Assembly: GCA_964365275.1 (NCBI GenBank)
Contig: CAYIOW010000003.1
Location: forward strand, 1 to 41,342
Length of the DNA: 41,342 bases
Origin: an uncultured Gammaproteobacteria bacterium
GTDB lineage: Bacteria; Patescibacteriota; Patescibacteriia; UBA9934; UBA11717
Reading direction: 5' to 3'
The notes under the pieces were generated by a model that searched no databases, had not been told where the DNA came from, and worked only from the letters and a program-made list of their open reading frames with translations. Each line of letters opens with the position of its first letter. Positions within the stretch are counted from its first letter, which is position 1. This document shows positions 10,085-19,751 of this stretch, one piece after another. Made by a program: the position numbers and the translations under genes.

Positions 10085-11623
10085 CTACCATTTTACTCTC
10101 GTCTCCAATATCCTCTCTCTGCTCCCCAACACCACCGTAGCGCCCGCTAGAATCCAAACATACGGAGCCAATGTGCGAATTTCCAAGAAGGTTGCGAGTA
10201 GCGCGTTTACGGCAAAAGCGACAAATACCCCAATAGCAGCCAGAGCGACAGCGCGAGTGAATGCGATTTTTGAATGTTTCGCTACGCGCCACGCAACTCC
10301 AAAAAGCGCAAGGTATAACCAAATGAAAAATATGAAACCCAATGTGCCCGCCTCTCCCCAAACGCTAAACCAATTATTGTCTATGTACCCTTCCGTGCCA
10401 TACACGCCAAAAGGCAAACCAGTCAGGTCATACGCTCTGGTGTTGTGAAGAGCCGCCGCCGCGCCGCCGCCGAATTGCCCCGGCCCCCAGCCGAATAAAA
10501 ACGAAGTAAACGAATGCGGAACAATTTTCAAAGGTGTCTGTATAATCCAAAACACGCGCCCGAGTCCGACATATTCTCCGCGAAAACGATAATATGAAAA
10601 CGCTTCCGAAAGCCGTTCAACGACCGTTTGGTCCGGAGTATCGGTAACGGTTTTTGTAATATCGGAAACCAAAAGATAGCCGATAAAAACCGCCGCCAGT
10701 ATTCCGGCTGACATAAATACCCGTTTGTCTTTTTTGAAAAACGCAATCGCCAAAACGCCAAACGCAAGCCCGAACCACGCCGAACGGCTATAGGTGAGAA
10801 TAATTGTCGGAAGCGCGAGTAGTGAAAACGCTCCAATCCACGCCGCGTATTTTCTTTCCTTGTCTTCATACGCATACGCAACCGCAATAAGAAGCGCGAG
10901 CGCCAGAAAAGTTCCTAGACGGTCGTAACGCCCCATTGTTCCAAAAACTCGCTGACCCGGGTCCCAAAACTGCACTGTTCCTTCCGTGAGCTGAATGTCG
11001 CCAAAAGTTTTCCGTTCGCTTGGAAGAAGAAGCGAATCAAAAGAACCGCCCGCGAGCGTTTGACCAATTCCCAAAACCGCTTGAAGCGCCGCCATAACAA
11101 GCATAACCGCCAACACCCTTCTTATCCAATAACGGCGCGGATAACGAAGAACAATTACGAAAAATAAAATAACGAAACGAAGAATTTGCCGAGCGCCCAA
11201 AAAAGCAGTCCCGATTGGAAGCGCGTTCAAGATGGTTGAAACGATAAGGATGCCGACAAAGAGAAGAAAAGGTAGATCGGCGGGCGTACTTCGGCGATGA
11301 TATTTCTTCGTCCAAACGCCAAAGAGAACAACGACAACGAGCAGATATACCAACATATCGGAACCGTAGCGAGCAAAAACATAAATGTCGTCCGGAATGA
11401 ATTTCAAAATAAACGGTTCAAGCGGCCACCAAAGCGCGAGAAAAGAAACCGTCCACATTGGTTCTTTATATGTTGCCCAAATCGCAGCCGCGCCAAGAAG
11501 AATTGCGATGAGAAGCCACGGCGAAACAAACACCGCGCCGATAATCGCAAACAGCCCGACCGCGATTACGATAGCGAGCGATAAATGCTCTGACGAAAGC
11601 GATGGTGGTTTTGGGAGGAACAT
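10085..11623 (-). CDS. O-antigen ligase/polymerase family membrane protein
   Basis: Many TMs; RVFGTM, LTYSRSAW and YIDNNWFSVWGEAGTLG motifs. TATAAT lies 6 nt before the ATG, suggesting a leaderless transcript. Confidence 0.88.
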   Translation of the reverse strand: MFLPKPPSLSSEHLSLAIVIAVGLFAIIGAVFVSPWLLIAILLGAAAIWATYKEPMWTVSFLALWWPLEPFILKFIPDDIYVFARYGSDMLVYLLVVVVLFGVWTKKYHRRSTPADLPFLLFVGILIVSTILNALPIGTAFLGARQILRFVILFFVIVLRYPRRYWIRRVLAVMLVMAALQAVLGIGQTLAGGSFDSLLLPSERKTFGDIQLTEGTVQFWDPGQRVFGTMGRYDRLGTFLALALLIAVAYAYEDKERKYAAWIGAFSLLALPTIILTYSRSAWFGLAFGVLAIAFFKKDKRVFMSAGILAAVFIGYLLVSDITKTVTDTPDQTVVERLSEAFSYYRFRGEYVGLGRVFWIIQTPLKIVPHSFTSFLFGWGPGQFGGGAAAALHNTRAYDLTGLPFGVYGTEGYIDNNWFSVWGEAGTLGFIFFIWLYLALFGVAWRVAKHSKIAFTRAVALAAIGVFVAFAVNALLATFLEIRTLAPYVWILAGATVVLGSRERILETRVKW

Positions 11624-11637
11624 TAAACAATTATATC

Positions 11638-11674
11638 AGAGACATCTAAAAATGGATGCATTTTAGATGTCTCT
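11638..11674. repeat. 14-bp perfect inverted repeat (possible MITE remnant)
   Basis: AGAGACATCTAAAA-N9-TTTTAGATGTCTCT. Confidence 0.6.
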
Positions 11675-11722
11675 AAAAAAAATCGCTCCTCGGCGCGGGG
11701 ATATGACCCGCGTCCGAGGAGC
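11675..11722 (-). terminator. Intrinsic terminator of the large MopE-repeat gene
   Basis: GCTCCTCGG-CGCGGG...CCCGCG-T-CCGAGGAGC stem followed by a T tract on the minus strand. Confidence 0.75.
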
Positions 11723-11736
11723 AGAGGTTCACGCCA

Positions 11737-14700
11737 TCAGGGAGACAACGTGAAGGCGGTCTGGATGTTGCATTCGCCAACGCCGTTCGGAACGGCATCG
11801 GCGGAGACGACCGGGAAGACCGTGGTCCCAATCGTAACGACGGCGGAGGACACCGCGGAGTTCACCGCATATCCTCCGGAGCCATCGGCCACACAGTAGT
11901 AGTCCGTCGGCCCGGGGCCGAACCTGACATTCCACTGCGCGGTATAGCTCCCAGGAGTCGTCGTTCCCAGGTTTGTGGACACGCTCGTCGCCGAGGTCGC
12001 GATTACCGCGTTCGGCGGGAAGGTATTCACATAACCCGGGACCGAGATGTAAAGCTCGAGCGACGGATGAACCGCCGTCGTGCTCCACACGAAGGTGGGC
12101 GGCGCGACCGTGACGGTCGGGGGCGGAGAGGCGCAACCCTCGTCCACCGCCGTGTCACAGTCGTCGTCCACGGAGTTCCCGCACGCCTCGGGGGCGTTCG
12201 GGTAGACGGCGGGGTTCGTTGCCCCGCAGTCAACGACATCGGGGAACAAGTCCCCGTCGTCGTCCGCGTCCGTGCAGTTGGGCTGCCCGTCCGCATCCGT
12301 GTCCGTGAAGCCGTCCACCAGCGACCCGTCGCAGTCGCTGTCCACTCCATCGCACACCTCGGACGCTCCCGTGTACCGGGTTGCGTCCAAGTCGGCGCAG
12401 TCCCCCTGGCACGGGGACATGCCATCCGAGTCGGAGTCCAACTCGGAAGCAGGAACGACTCCGTCGCAGTCGTTGTCCACGCCGTTGCACCCTTCGGGCG
12501 CGCCCGGGTAGCGCGTGGCGTTGCCATCCGCGCAGTCGCCGGAGGCGGGCGTGAACCCGTCTCCGTCAACATCCGAGATAGAGAGACACTGGACCGTCTC
12601 ACCCGTCGCCGGGTTGCAGTCGGTGTCCTGCCCATCGCAGACCTCGGGCGTTCCCGGCCGTACGGCCGGGTTCGCATCGTTGCAGTCGCCGGCGCAGGAC
12701 GAAGTACCGTCCATGTCGGCATCCGCCGGATTCATCAGCGCGTTGTTGTCCGCGCAGTCGCCCTCGCACGGCATCCAGCCGTCCGAGTCGCCATCGGTCT
12801 CGCCATCCGGCGCGAGCCCGTCGCAGTCCTGGTCCACCCCATTGCACGCCTCGGAGGCGTTTGGGTGGATGGCCGGGTCGGCGTCCGCACAGTCAGCGCC
12901 AGAGGCACCTCCCGCGTATCCGTCCCAGTCCACATCGGTCAGGTCCGCACCCGAGCAGTCCTCGTCCACCCCGTTGTATGGGATGTCCGTCGCTCCGGGG
13001 TGGACGCCTGCGAAAGCGTCCGAACAATCGCCTCCCACGGTGGGAAGCGACCCGGTCCAGGGCGAGCACGGCACGAAGCCGTCGCCGTCCTGGTCCAGTT
13101 CAACGGCGGGAACCGACCCGTCGCAGTCGTTGTCCACTCCGTTGCACCCTTCGGGCGCTCCGAGGAAGACCTCCGGCTGAAGGTCGTTGCAGTCGCCCGT
13201 CATGGGCGACCAGCCGTCCCCGTCCTGGTCCAGACCGTTCAGGCAGACCACGAACTCGTCGCTCGTGGTGCCGTCGCAGTCGTCGTCCAGGCCGTTGCAC
13301 ATCTCACTCGCACCCGGATGGATGGCCGGGTTGGTGTCCGGGGAACTCGTGGCGCTGCCGCCACAGTCCCCTCCGCATGCCGTGTAGCCGTCCCCGTCCG
13401 CGTCCGCCGGATTCATCAGCGCGTTGTTGTCCGCGCAGTCGTTTCCGCCGTTCACGGTGGGGTCTCGGCCCACCCAGGACGCGCATGGCACCCAGCCATC
13501 GCCGTCCTGGTCCAGTTCTGCCACGGGCACCGCCCCGTCGCAGTCGTTGTCCGCACCATCGCACACCTCGGGAGCCGCCGGGAAGCGGGCCGAGTCCGCG
13601 TCGTCGCAGTCGCCCTCGCATGCGGACAGCCGATCGCCGTCCATGTCCAACTCCGAGCCCGGCACAGCCAGGTCGCAGTTGTCGTCCATGCCGTTGCATG
13701 TCTCCGGCGCGCCGAGGTAGATGGCGGCATCTGCGTCGTTGCAGTCGCCGGCGGCGGGCGTTTGCCCGTCTCCGTCCTGGTCGAAATACGGCAGACACGA
13801 CACGGGGTTCTCTCCCGTGCCGTCGCAGTTGTCGTCCAGGCCACCGTTGCAAATCTCGGTGGCGGCCGGGTAGATGGCGGCATTGACATCGTTGCAGTCG
13901 CCGCCGCAGAGCGTGATACCGTCCCCATCCGCATCTACCGGGCGGAGGGCGGAGTTGTTGTCGTTGCAGTCGCCCTCGCACGGCATCCAGCCGTCCGAGT
14001 CGCTGTCCTGCTCGTCGTCCGCGACGAGCCCATCGCAGTCCTGGTCCACCTCATCGCACACTTCCGTGGCTCCGGGGTAGACGGACGAGTTGAGCGACGC
14101 GCAGTCGGACGAATCCGCCGCGCCGTCCCCATCGTCGTCCGTGTCCGTGCAGTCGGGTTGGGCGTCAAGATCGTTATTGGCAAAGCCGTCAACGAAGTCG
14201 CCGTCGCAGTCCGAATCCACGAGGTCGCAGGACTCTACCGCACCCGGCCTGATTGCCGGGTCCTGGTCGTCGCAGTCCAGCGGAGAGGACACGAAGTCCC
14301 CGTCCGCATCGCTGTCGCAGGCGTCGCCAAGACCATCCAGGTCCAGGTCAACCTGCGTGGCGTTCGCAACCGCGGGGCAATTGTCACCATCGCAGTTGCG
14401 AAGTCCGTCCAGGTCAAGGTCGCCCTCGCTGGCCGGCACACCGCCGTAGCAATCATCGTTCACCCCGTTGCAGAGCTCGAGGGCGCCGAGGTAGATCGCG
14501 ATGTTGTTGTCGTTGCAGTCGGTACCGCCGACAACGAGGGCATCCTGCCCGTCGCCGTCCGTGTCCGACATGTCAGTTCCCGAACAGTCCTCGTCCACCC
14601 CGTTGTACGGGATTTCGGAGGCGCCCGGGTTGATGGCCGCGTCCGCGTCGTTGCAGTCGGGGTTCCCCCCAAGCAACGCATCCGCGAAGTACCCGTCCCC

Positions 14701-15537
14701 GTCCGCGTCCGTGCAGTTGGGGATGGTCTCGGCGCCGTCGCCGAGTCCGTCGCAGTCATCGTCCACGCCGTTGCAGAACTCCGCCGCTCCCGGGTACACG
14801 GACGAATCCGTGTCGTTGCAATCCAGAGAGATAGGGTCGCACACGGTGAATCCGTCACCGTCCGCATCCCCGGCGTCTCCGACGCCGTCGCAGTTCTCGT
14901 CAACTCCGTCGCACGACTCCACCACACCAGGATGGATGGTCGCGTCCTGGTCGTTGCAGTCGCCTGCGCAGACCATCGCGCCATCGCCGTCCGTGTCCGC
15001 CTCGTTGGACGGCACGGTCCCGTCGCAATCGTTGTCCTGCCCGTCGCACTGCTCGGCGTTCGCGGGGAAGTTCTCCGCGTCCGTGTCATCGCAGTCGCCG
15101 TCCTCGCACTCGTTCGCTCCGTCTCCGTCGTCGTCCGTTTCCACCGAGGAGAGGACGCCGTCGCAGTTGTCGTCCACACCGTCGCAGACCTCCGCGGCAC
15201 CGGGGTGCACGGAGTGGTCGGCGTCGTCGCAGTCGCCCTGCACTTCGGAGAGCCCGTCGCCGTCGTTGTCAACGGTTTCGGGCGAGGGGGTCGTGTCGTC
15301 ATCGCCGGCAGTGTCATCGTCCGCCGTGGTGTCGTCGTCCCCGGGGATGACCGCGTCCGCGCACACTGGCGCGCGGGTGCAGTTCTGGTCCACGCAGTCG
15401 GTCATCCCGTCTGCGTCGTTGTCCCGGGAGTCGTCGCACTCGCCCGGGTTTTTTCCCTCCCAGCTGTCCTGGGTGGGGGGACAGCCCGCCGACACCATGC
15501 CGGCGAGCAGGATGGCCGTGAAGAAGTGGCGGTTCAT
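11737..15537 (-). CDS. GC-rich Asp/Cys-rich lipoprotein with many MopE-related 'putative metal-binding motif' repeats
   Basis: MNRHFFTAILLAGMVSAGC lipobox; repeats of DxDGDG...DCxDxDxxxxPGAxExCxGxDxDCDG; one TSP3-like DNCPAVANATQVD unit; SD AAGGAGGT before ATG 15537. Confidence 0.92.
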   Translation of the reverse strand: MNRHFFTAILLAGMVSAGCPPTQDSWEGKNPGECDDSRDNDADGMTDCVDQNCTRAPVCADAVIPGDDDTTADDDTAGDDDTTPSPETVDNDGDGLSEVQGDCDDADHSVHPGAAEVCDGVDDNCDGVLSSVETDDDGDGANECEDGDCDDTDAENFPANAEQCDGQDNDCDGTVPSNEADTDGDGAMVCAGDCNDQDATIHPGVVESCDGVDENCDGVGDAGDADGDGFTVCDPISLDCNDTDSSVYPGAAEFCNGVDDDCDGLGDGAETIPNCTDADGDGYFADALLGGNPDCNDADAAINPGASEIPYNGVDEDCSGTDMSDTDGDGQDALVVGGTDCNDNNIAIYLGALELCNGVNDDCYGGVPASEGDLDLDGLRNCDGDNCPAVANATQVDLDLDGLGDACDSDADGDFVSSPLDCDDQDPAIRPGAVESCDLVDSDCDGDFVDGFANNDLDAQPDCTDTDDDGDGAADSSDCASLNSSVYPGATEVCDEVDQDCDGLVADDEQDSDSDGWMPCEGDCNDNNSALRPVDADGDGITLCGGDCNDVNAAIYPAATEICNGGLDDNCDGTGENPVSCLPYFDQDGDGQTPAAGDCNDADAAIYLGAPETCNGMDDNCDLAVPGSELDMDGDRLSACEGDCDDADSARFPAAPEVCDGADNDCDGAVPVAELDQDGDGWVPCASWVGRDPTVNGGNDCADNNALMNPADADGDGYTACGGDCGGSATSSPDTNPAIHPGASEMCNGLDDDCDGTTSDEFVVCLNGLDQDGDGWSPMTGDCNDLQPEVFLGAPEGCNGVDNDCDGSVPAVELDQDGDGFVPCSPWTGSLPTVGGDCSDAFAGVHPGATDIPYNGVDEDCSGADLTDVDWDGYAGGASGADCADADPAIHPNASEACNGVDQDCDGLAPDGETDGDSDGWMPCEGDCADNNALMNPADADMDGTSSCAGDCNDANPAVRPGTPEVCDGQDTDCNPATGETVQCLSISDVDGDGFTPASGDCADGNATRYPGAPEGCNGVDNDCDGVVPASELDSDSDGMSPCQGDCADLDATRYTGASEVCDGVDSDCDGSLVDGFTDTDADGQPNCTDADDDGDLFPDVVDCGATNPAVYPNAPEACGNSVDDDCDTAVDEGCASPPPTVTVAPPTFVWSTTAVHPSLELYISVPGYVNTFPPNAVIATSATSVSTNLGTTTPGSYTAQWNVRFGPGPTDYYCVADGSGGYAVNSAVSSAVVTIGTTVFPVVSADAVPNGVGECNIQTAFTLSP

Positions 15538-15721
15538 CGCACACCTCCTTTCAAAAAGTTGAACCTGCTGGCCGGCAGTGCTCAACGGTTGAAGAACGCC
15601 ACAGAAAGTGAGGCCTCCCCCTTGTGGGGCTTTCTATGGCAACCTTGTACGGTTCATAGCCTCTTTTCGGCCTCCTTTTGGCGAAAACAAGCCACGAATT
15701 CAATCTCTCCGATAACGCCCA

Positions 15722-15750
15722 ACCTTCTCAAAAAAATTGAGTTTTGTCAA
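15722..15750 (-). promoter_or_regulatory. Promoter TTGACA-N14-TGA-GAAGGT
   Basis: Same spacing and shape as the promoters at 21125, 22925, 30514 and 31702. Confidence 0.55.
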
Positions 15751-15770
15751 ATGTTTACGATTGGCTGTGG

Positions 15771-15804
15771 ATGTGGATAAAAGGGTCAGACCCCTTTATC
15801 CACA
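15771..15804. repeat. Family B palindrome bracketed by two DnaA-box 9-mers
   Basis: ATGTGGATAAAAGGGTCAGACCCCTTTATCCACA, identical to 35725-35758. Confidence 0.9.
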
Positions 15805-15814
15805 CCCTGCCTAC

Positions 15815-15863
15815 AAAAAAACCGGCGGGCGTGGGAGGAGTAGAACCTCACCACGGCCACCGG
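15815..15863 (-). terminator. Intrinsic terminator of the second MopE-repeat gene
   Basis: CCGG..CGTGG-GAGG/CCTC-CCACG..CCGG imperfect stem followed by T7 on the minus strand. Confidence 0.7.
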
Positions 15864-15868
15864 AAGAG

Positions 15869-18175
15869 TTACGGGTCCAGGCGTTCAACCAGAAACTGGT
15901 CGTAGAGCGTGATACTCATCGGCTGTTGCCATTCGCTTGTCACGAACAGCCAGTCCCTTACACCCGTGTTTCGTGCCTCCAAATATAACTCATAGTCCAT
16001 CTGCGTCTGCACCGCTCGCCTCAAGGACGGGTATGAAGTGTCCAAGAAGGTCGCGATGAACGCCGCAGACGAGACCGTGCTCGTTGGCGTTGGCACGAAG
16101 GTCAGGAACATCGCGACATTCGGGTTCCCGGTCCAGCTCATCGTGAAGCTGAAGAGGAGGCATTGCCCGGCAGTGGTAGACCATTGCGCCCAGTTCGTGG
16201 TGAGCGCATTGGACCCGAAGGTCGCGGGCGAGTTGTCCACGAAGGTCATGGTGTGCGCCACGGTATCCACCGTGATGCTCGTATCCACCGTTGGGGTACC
16301 GAGCCACCTTCCAACCTGCGTGAAGTCGTCCACCCACAACGACACCGCCGTAGTGCTCCTGAACGCCGCACCCATATCCGAGCAACCCTGAAGACAGTAC
16401 GACCCGCTTCCCGGAAAGTTCGCCGGGTCATTGTCGTCGCAGTCCCCATACGAGTCGCAGGTGTACGGGTCGGCTTCCTGCCCGCCGCCGTCGCAGAACC
16501 CGTCTCCGTCGTCGTCCGTATTGCAGGACGAACCGCCGGACGGAATGTTTGCGACATTGGTGCAGTTGTTCACTGCGCCGTCTCCACACACCTCAACGGC
16601 GCCCGGATAGCGGTCTTCGTTCGTGTCGTCGCAGTCGCCTTCGCACAGCATCCAGCCGTCCGCATCCGCGTCCGCTTCGTTCGCGGCAGGGCTTCCCGAA
16701 CAGTCGTCGTCAAGGGCGTTGCACACCTCAACGGCACCCGGGTGAACTGCCGAATCCGTGTCGGCGCAGTCGCCCTCGCAGACCATCCAGTTGTCTGAGT
16801 CCGCATCAACTTCGGTCACCAAAGGCGAACCGGAGCAGTCGTCGTCCACGGCGTTGCAGAGTTCGGTGGCTCCTGGGTAAATGGACAAGTCCGCGTCTGC
16901 GCAGTCGCCTTCGCAGACCATCCAGCCGTCCGTGTCCGCATCCACTTCATTCGCGGCAGGGCTTCCCGAACAGTCGTCGTCAAGGGCGTTGCACACCTCA
17001 ACGGCACCCGGGTGAACTGCCGAATCCGTGTCGGCGCAGTCGCCCTCGCAGACCATCCAGTTGTCTGAGTCCGCATCAACTTCGGTCACCAAAGGCGAAC
17101 CGGAGCAGTCGTCGTCCACGGCGTTGCAGAGTTCGGTGGCTCCTGGGTAAATGGACAAGTCCGCGTCTGCGCAGTCGCCTTCGCAGACCATCCAGCCGTC
17201 CGTGTCCGCATCCACTTCATCAATGCCCGAAGCGCCTGAACAGTCATTGTCCTGTCCATCGCATGACTCTGCGTTCCCCGGGAAGTTCCAAGGGTCGGCA
17301 TCATCACACTCCGAACAGGCGAGAACTCCATCCGTGTCCGCATCAACTTCGGTCACCAAAGGCGAACCGGAGCAGTCGTCGTCAAGGGCGTTGCAGAGTT
17401 CGGTTGCGCCCGGGTAGGCCGTAGCGTTCGCGTCATTGCAGTCAACGCAAGCGAGCGAACCGTCTCCGTCCACATCCGACTCGTTTCCGAGTCCATCGCA
17501 TGCGGAATCCACTCCGTCGCAGAACTCGGGAGCCGCCGGAAAGCGACTCGCGTTTCCGTCGTCACAGTCGCCGGCGTTTTCGGAGAACCCATCTCCGTCG
17601 TCGTCCACATCCAACGGGTCAGTCGGCGTTACGGTGTCGTCGTCTCCGATTGGGGTTGTGTCGTCGTCCCCTGGCGGAGTCGTTGCGTCGTCATCGCCCG
17701 GAAGCGAAGAGTCGTCGTCCCCAGGAATGGCGCTGTCGTCGTCGCCCGGAGTCGCCGAGTCATCATCTCCCGAATCGTCGTCGCCACTGTCGTCGTCCGC
17801 CACCGTGATGTCATCGTCCCCCGAAGGAGTCGTGGCATCATCATCTCCGGAATCATCGTCCGCGACCGTAGTGTCGTCGTCATCAACGGGCGTCGTGTCG
17901 TCGTCACCACTGTCATCATCGTCTGGAATCACCGTGTCGTCGTCAGACGAGTCATCGTCATTCGGTGTTACGCTGTCATCATCTCCGGAGTCATCGTCCG
18001 GAGTGATTGCGTCATCATCGCCACTGTCGTCATCCGCCGTAGTATCGTCGTCAACGACATTAGTGTCGTCATCACCAACAATACGGTTCCACCACCCGGA
18101 GAAGCCGTACGGAATCTCCGCACAACCACAGAAGAAAACCATCAGGCCAACAAAGGCCAACCAGAACTTGTTCAT
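15869..18175 (-). CDS. GC-rich lipoprotein with poly-Asp (DDDSGDDD) linker, MopE-related repeats and a C-terminal beta-rich domain
   Basis: MNKFWLAFVGLMVFFCGC lipobox; DDD-S/T tracts; DCADxDxxxxPGAxExCNxxDDDC repeats; SD GGAGG. Confidence 0.92.
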   Translation of the reverse strand: MNKFWLAFVGLMVFFCGCAEIPYGFSGWWNRIVGDDDTNVVDDDTTADDDSGDDDAITPDDDSGDDDSVTPNDDDSSDDDTVIPDDDDSGDDDTTPVDDDDTTVADDDSGDDDATTPSGDDDITVADDDSGDDDSGDDDSATPGDDDSAIPGDDDSSLPGDDDATTPPGDDDTTPIGDDDTVTPTDPLDVDDDGDGFSENAGDCDDGNASRFPAAPEFCDGVDSACDGLGNESDVDGDGSLACVDCNDANATAYPGATELCNALDDDCSGSPLVTEVDADTDGVLACSECDDADPWNFPGNAESCDGQDNDCSGASGIDEVDADTDGWMVCEGDCADADLSIYPGATELCNAVDDDCSGSPLVTEVDADSDNWMVCEGDCADTDSAVHPGAVEVCNALDDDCSGSPAANEVDADTDGWMVCEGDCADADLSIYPGATELCNAVDDDCSGSPLVTEVDADSDNWMVCEGDCADTDSAVHPGAVEVCNALDDDCSGSPAANEADADADGWMLCEGDCDDTNEDRYPGAVEVCGDGAVNNCTNVANIPSGGSSCNTDDDGDGFCDGGGQEADPYTCDSYGDCDDNDPANFPGSGSYCLQGCSDMGAAFRSTTAVSLWVDDFTQVGRWLGTPTVDTSITVDTVAHTMTFVDNSPATFGSNALTTNWAQWSTTAGQCLLFSFTMSWTGNPNVAMFLTFVPTPTSTVSSAAFIATFLDTSYPSLRRAVQTQMDYELYLEARNTGVRDWLFVTSEWQQPMSITLYDQFLVERLDP
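16680..17220. repeat. 270-bp tandem duplication (two identical 90-aa units)
   Basis: 16681-16950 is repeated at 16951-17220. Confidence 0.9.
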
Positions 18176-18224
18176 CGCGTCCTCCGAGGGGCTCTGCCCC
18201 GTATTCTGTTATGTGTTGAGTTCA

Positions 18225-18254
18225 GTAACTTTTTCGTACCTACGAAAAAGTTAC
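18225..18254. promoter_or_regulatory. 30-bp palindrome of family C in the leader of the 768-aa gene
   Basis: GTAACTTTTTCGTA-CC-TACGAAAAAGTTAC, with perfect 14-bp arms. Confidence 0.75.
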
Positions 18255-18574
18255 ACAGTGTTAGGTCGCCTTAAGTTTCGGCGGACACCACGTCTCGCCT
18301 AGCGCTTACGCGACCAATCTTGTTTGAGTTGTAATGAACTTTACAGACGCGAAAGCCGCGCTGAAGACAGTCCCCTTCGTCTTCAATTCGCCTTTCACAA
18401 TGACAATACCTTTTTTCTGTTATTTTGCAATACCATATAACTAATAATAAAATTTTCTCAAACGATTGGGCCTAGAGTTATTACACCATTTATGCGCGTA
18501 AACAATTTGTAATTAGTGCATTGCGAGCCACAAGATATTTAAGTAATTTTACAGAACAAAGACACAATGACAAA

Positions 18575-18619
18575 AATATAACTGACCACTTTTTTCGTAG
18601 GTACGGAAAAAGTGGTCAA
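18575..18619. repeat. 45-bp direct repeat, left copy (family C palindrome)
   Basis: 44/45 identical to 19399-19443; contains the stop codon of the PaaX-like gene. Confidence 0.92.
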
Positions 18620-19194
18620 AACGGTTTTGCTGAAAAAACCGAAATTAATGCTCCGAGTTTATTTTTTATTATCCATTTATTGAACAGAATGCCAACATCG
18701 GTTTTTGTATACCATACACTTTGTTGTAATCGCAAAAATCCGCTTCCCTTTAATAGGTGTCTTATTTTGTCTCTGAGATGATTGTTCACGGTTGGTATGT
18801 CAAAAACCACCACGCATATCATGCCATTGGGTAATAGTGTTTTCGTAGCACGAATCCGCTCCCGCAGAGCTCTTAATCTTCCTTCGTCTGTAAGCGCGAT
18901 CCGCAGTTGATTTCCATTTTTCTCTATTCTAATCAGGCGTTTTCTCTTCAAATAACTAATCGTACGAATATGCTCAAAATATAAATCCCAATATTGACCA
19001 TCCTCCGTATACGGACGCAGTAAGGATTTCCGTGGGCTATAAAACGGCAAACCGTCTCTTCGTTCTTCTACCATCTCAACAATCTCTAATAACACCTGAC
19101 CAACCTTTGTTTTTGGTTTTCTTATATTCCTCCAAGCAAACATATGTGCGCGCGTCAGTTCCCTCCTCGTGAGCCGTATCTTTGTTGTTGACAT
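18616..19194 (-). CDS. PaaX-family protein (wHTH plus Cas2-like domain), CPR type
   Basis: YLKRKRLI...LTDEGR wHTH end; VVVFDIP...RDKIRHLLKGSGFLRLQQSVW Cas2-like motif; lower GC than its neighbours. Confidence 0.88.
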   Translation of the reverse strand: MSTTKIRLTRRELTRAHMFAWRNIRKPKTKVGQVLLEIVEMVEERRDGLPFYSPRKSLLRPYTEDGQYWDLYFEHIRTISYLKRKRLIRIEKNGNQLRIALTDEGRLRALRERIRATKTLLPNGMICVVVFDIPTVNNHLRDKIRHLLKGSGFLRLQQSVWYTKTDVGILFNKWIIKNKLGALISVFSAKPF

Positions 19195-19267
19195 AACAAA
19201 AACAAAATCGCGAATAAGAACGATTTTGTCCGGTGGGGACGGGACGAAAATTGTAATAAGCATTGTA

Positions 19268-19299
19268 ACACTTTTTTCTCACCTACGAAAAAAGTGGTC
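19268..19299. promoter_or_regulatory. Family C palindrome overlapping the promoter region of the PaaX-like gene
   Basis: CACTTTTTTCTCACCTACGAAAAAAGTG lies between TTGACA (19300-19305, minus) and TGT-TACAAT (19262-19270, minus). Confidence 0.65.
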
Positions 19300-19398
19300 T
19301 GTCAAGAGTATGGTGGGGATAAGTGAAGAGTAAGGTAGAGAAAAGTTTTTTGCATGAGTGATAAGACGCAGCGATGAGACGCGAAGAGCAATGCCAAT

Positions 19399-19443
19399 AA
19401 TATAACTGACCACTTTTTCCGTAGGTACGGAAAAAGTGGTCAA
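19399..19443. repeat. 45-bp direct repeat, right copy (family C palindrome)
   Basis: AATATAACTGACCACTTTTTCCGTAGGTACGGAAAAAGTGGTCAA. Confidence 0.92.
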
Positions 19444-19578
19444 CTTTAAAGTAATCAACTTTGAAGAATATTCAAGTGGTTTTTGTAGAGTGTGAAATGC
19501 GTTATCTAATTTGAAGAATATTCAAGTGGTTTTTGTGAAATATGAAAGTAGAGTGAAAAGTGTGAGATGCGTTGTCTG

Positions 19579-19623
19579 AAAACGAACGAGACCCCCACGC
19601 ATAGACGATGCGTGGGGGTCTCG
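19579..19623 (-). terminator. Probable terminator of the 396-aa gene
   Basis: Perfect 16-bp stem CGAGACCCCCACGCAT/ATGCGTGGGGGTCTCG followed by TTCGTTTT on the minus strand. Confidence 0.7.
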
Positions 19624-19751
19624 AAGAAAGTGTGGGCCTGTGGCCGCGGAGCGGAGAAGTCCCGAAGGACTCCCCCGCTCGCGACCGGTTGTTCTTGTCG
19701 TTGTGCCACCCGGGCGACGAACCCGAGTGGCGGAATCGTGGGGGGAGACGA

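Noticed and set aside
12067-15780. 1237-aa plus-strand ORF and other long antisense ORFs (14501-15562, 17436-18302, 21811-22740, 32800-34341)
   Set aside because: These are shadow frames of GC-rich repetitive genes; the opposite strand carries the recognisable motifs, SD, promoter and terminator.
15771-15804. Replication origin
   Set aside because: Only two DnaA boxes inside a dispersed repeat, with no dnaA/dnaN and no clear unwinding element.
18616-19194. True CRISPR Cas2
   Set aside because: It is fused to a wHTH with no cas1 or array, which fits the CPR PaaX-like family.
19460-19580. 27-bp direct repeat TTTGAAGAATATTCAAGTGGTTTTTGT at 19460 and 19510
   Set aside because: Only two copies; it looks like a local duplication with no supportable function.
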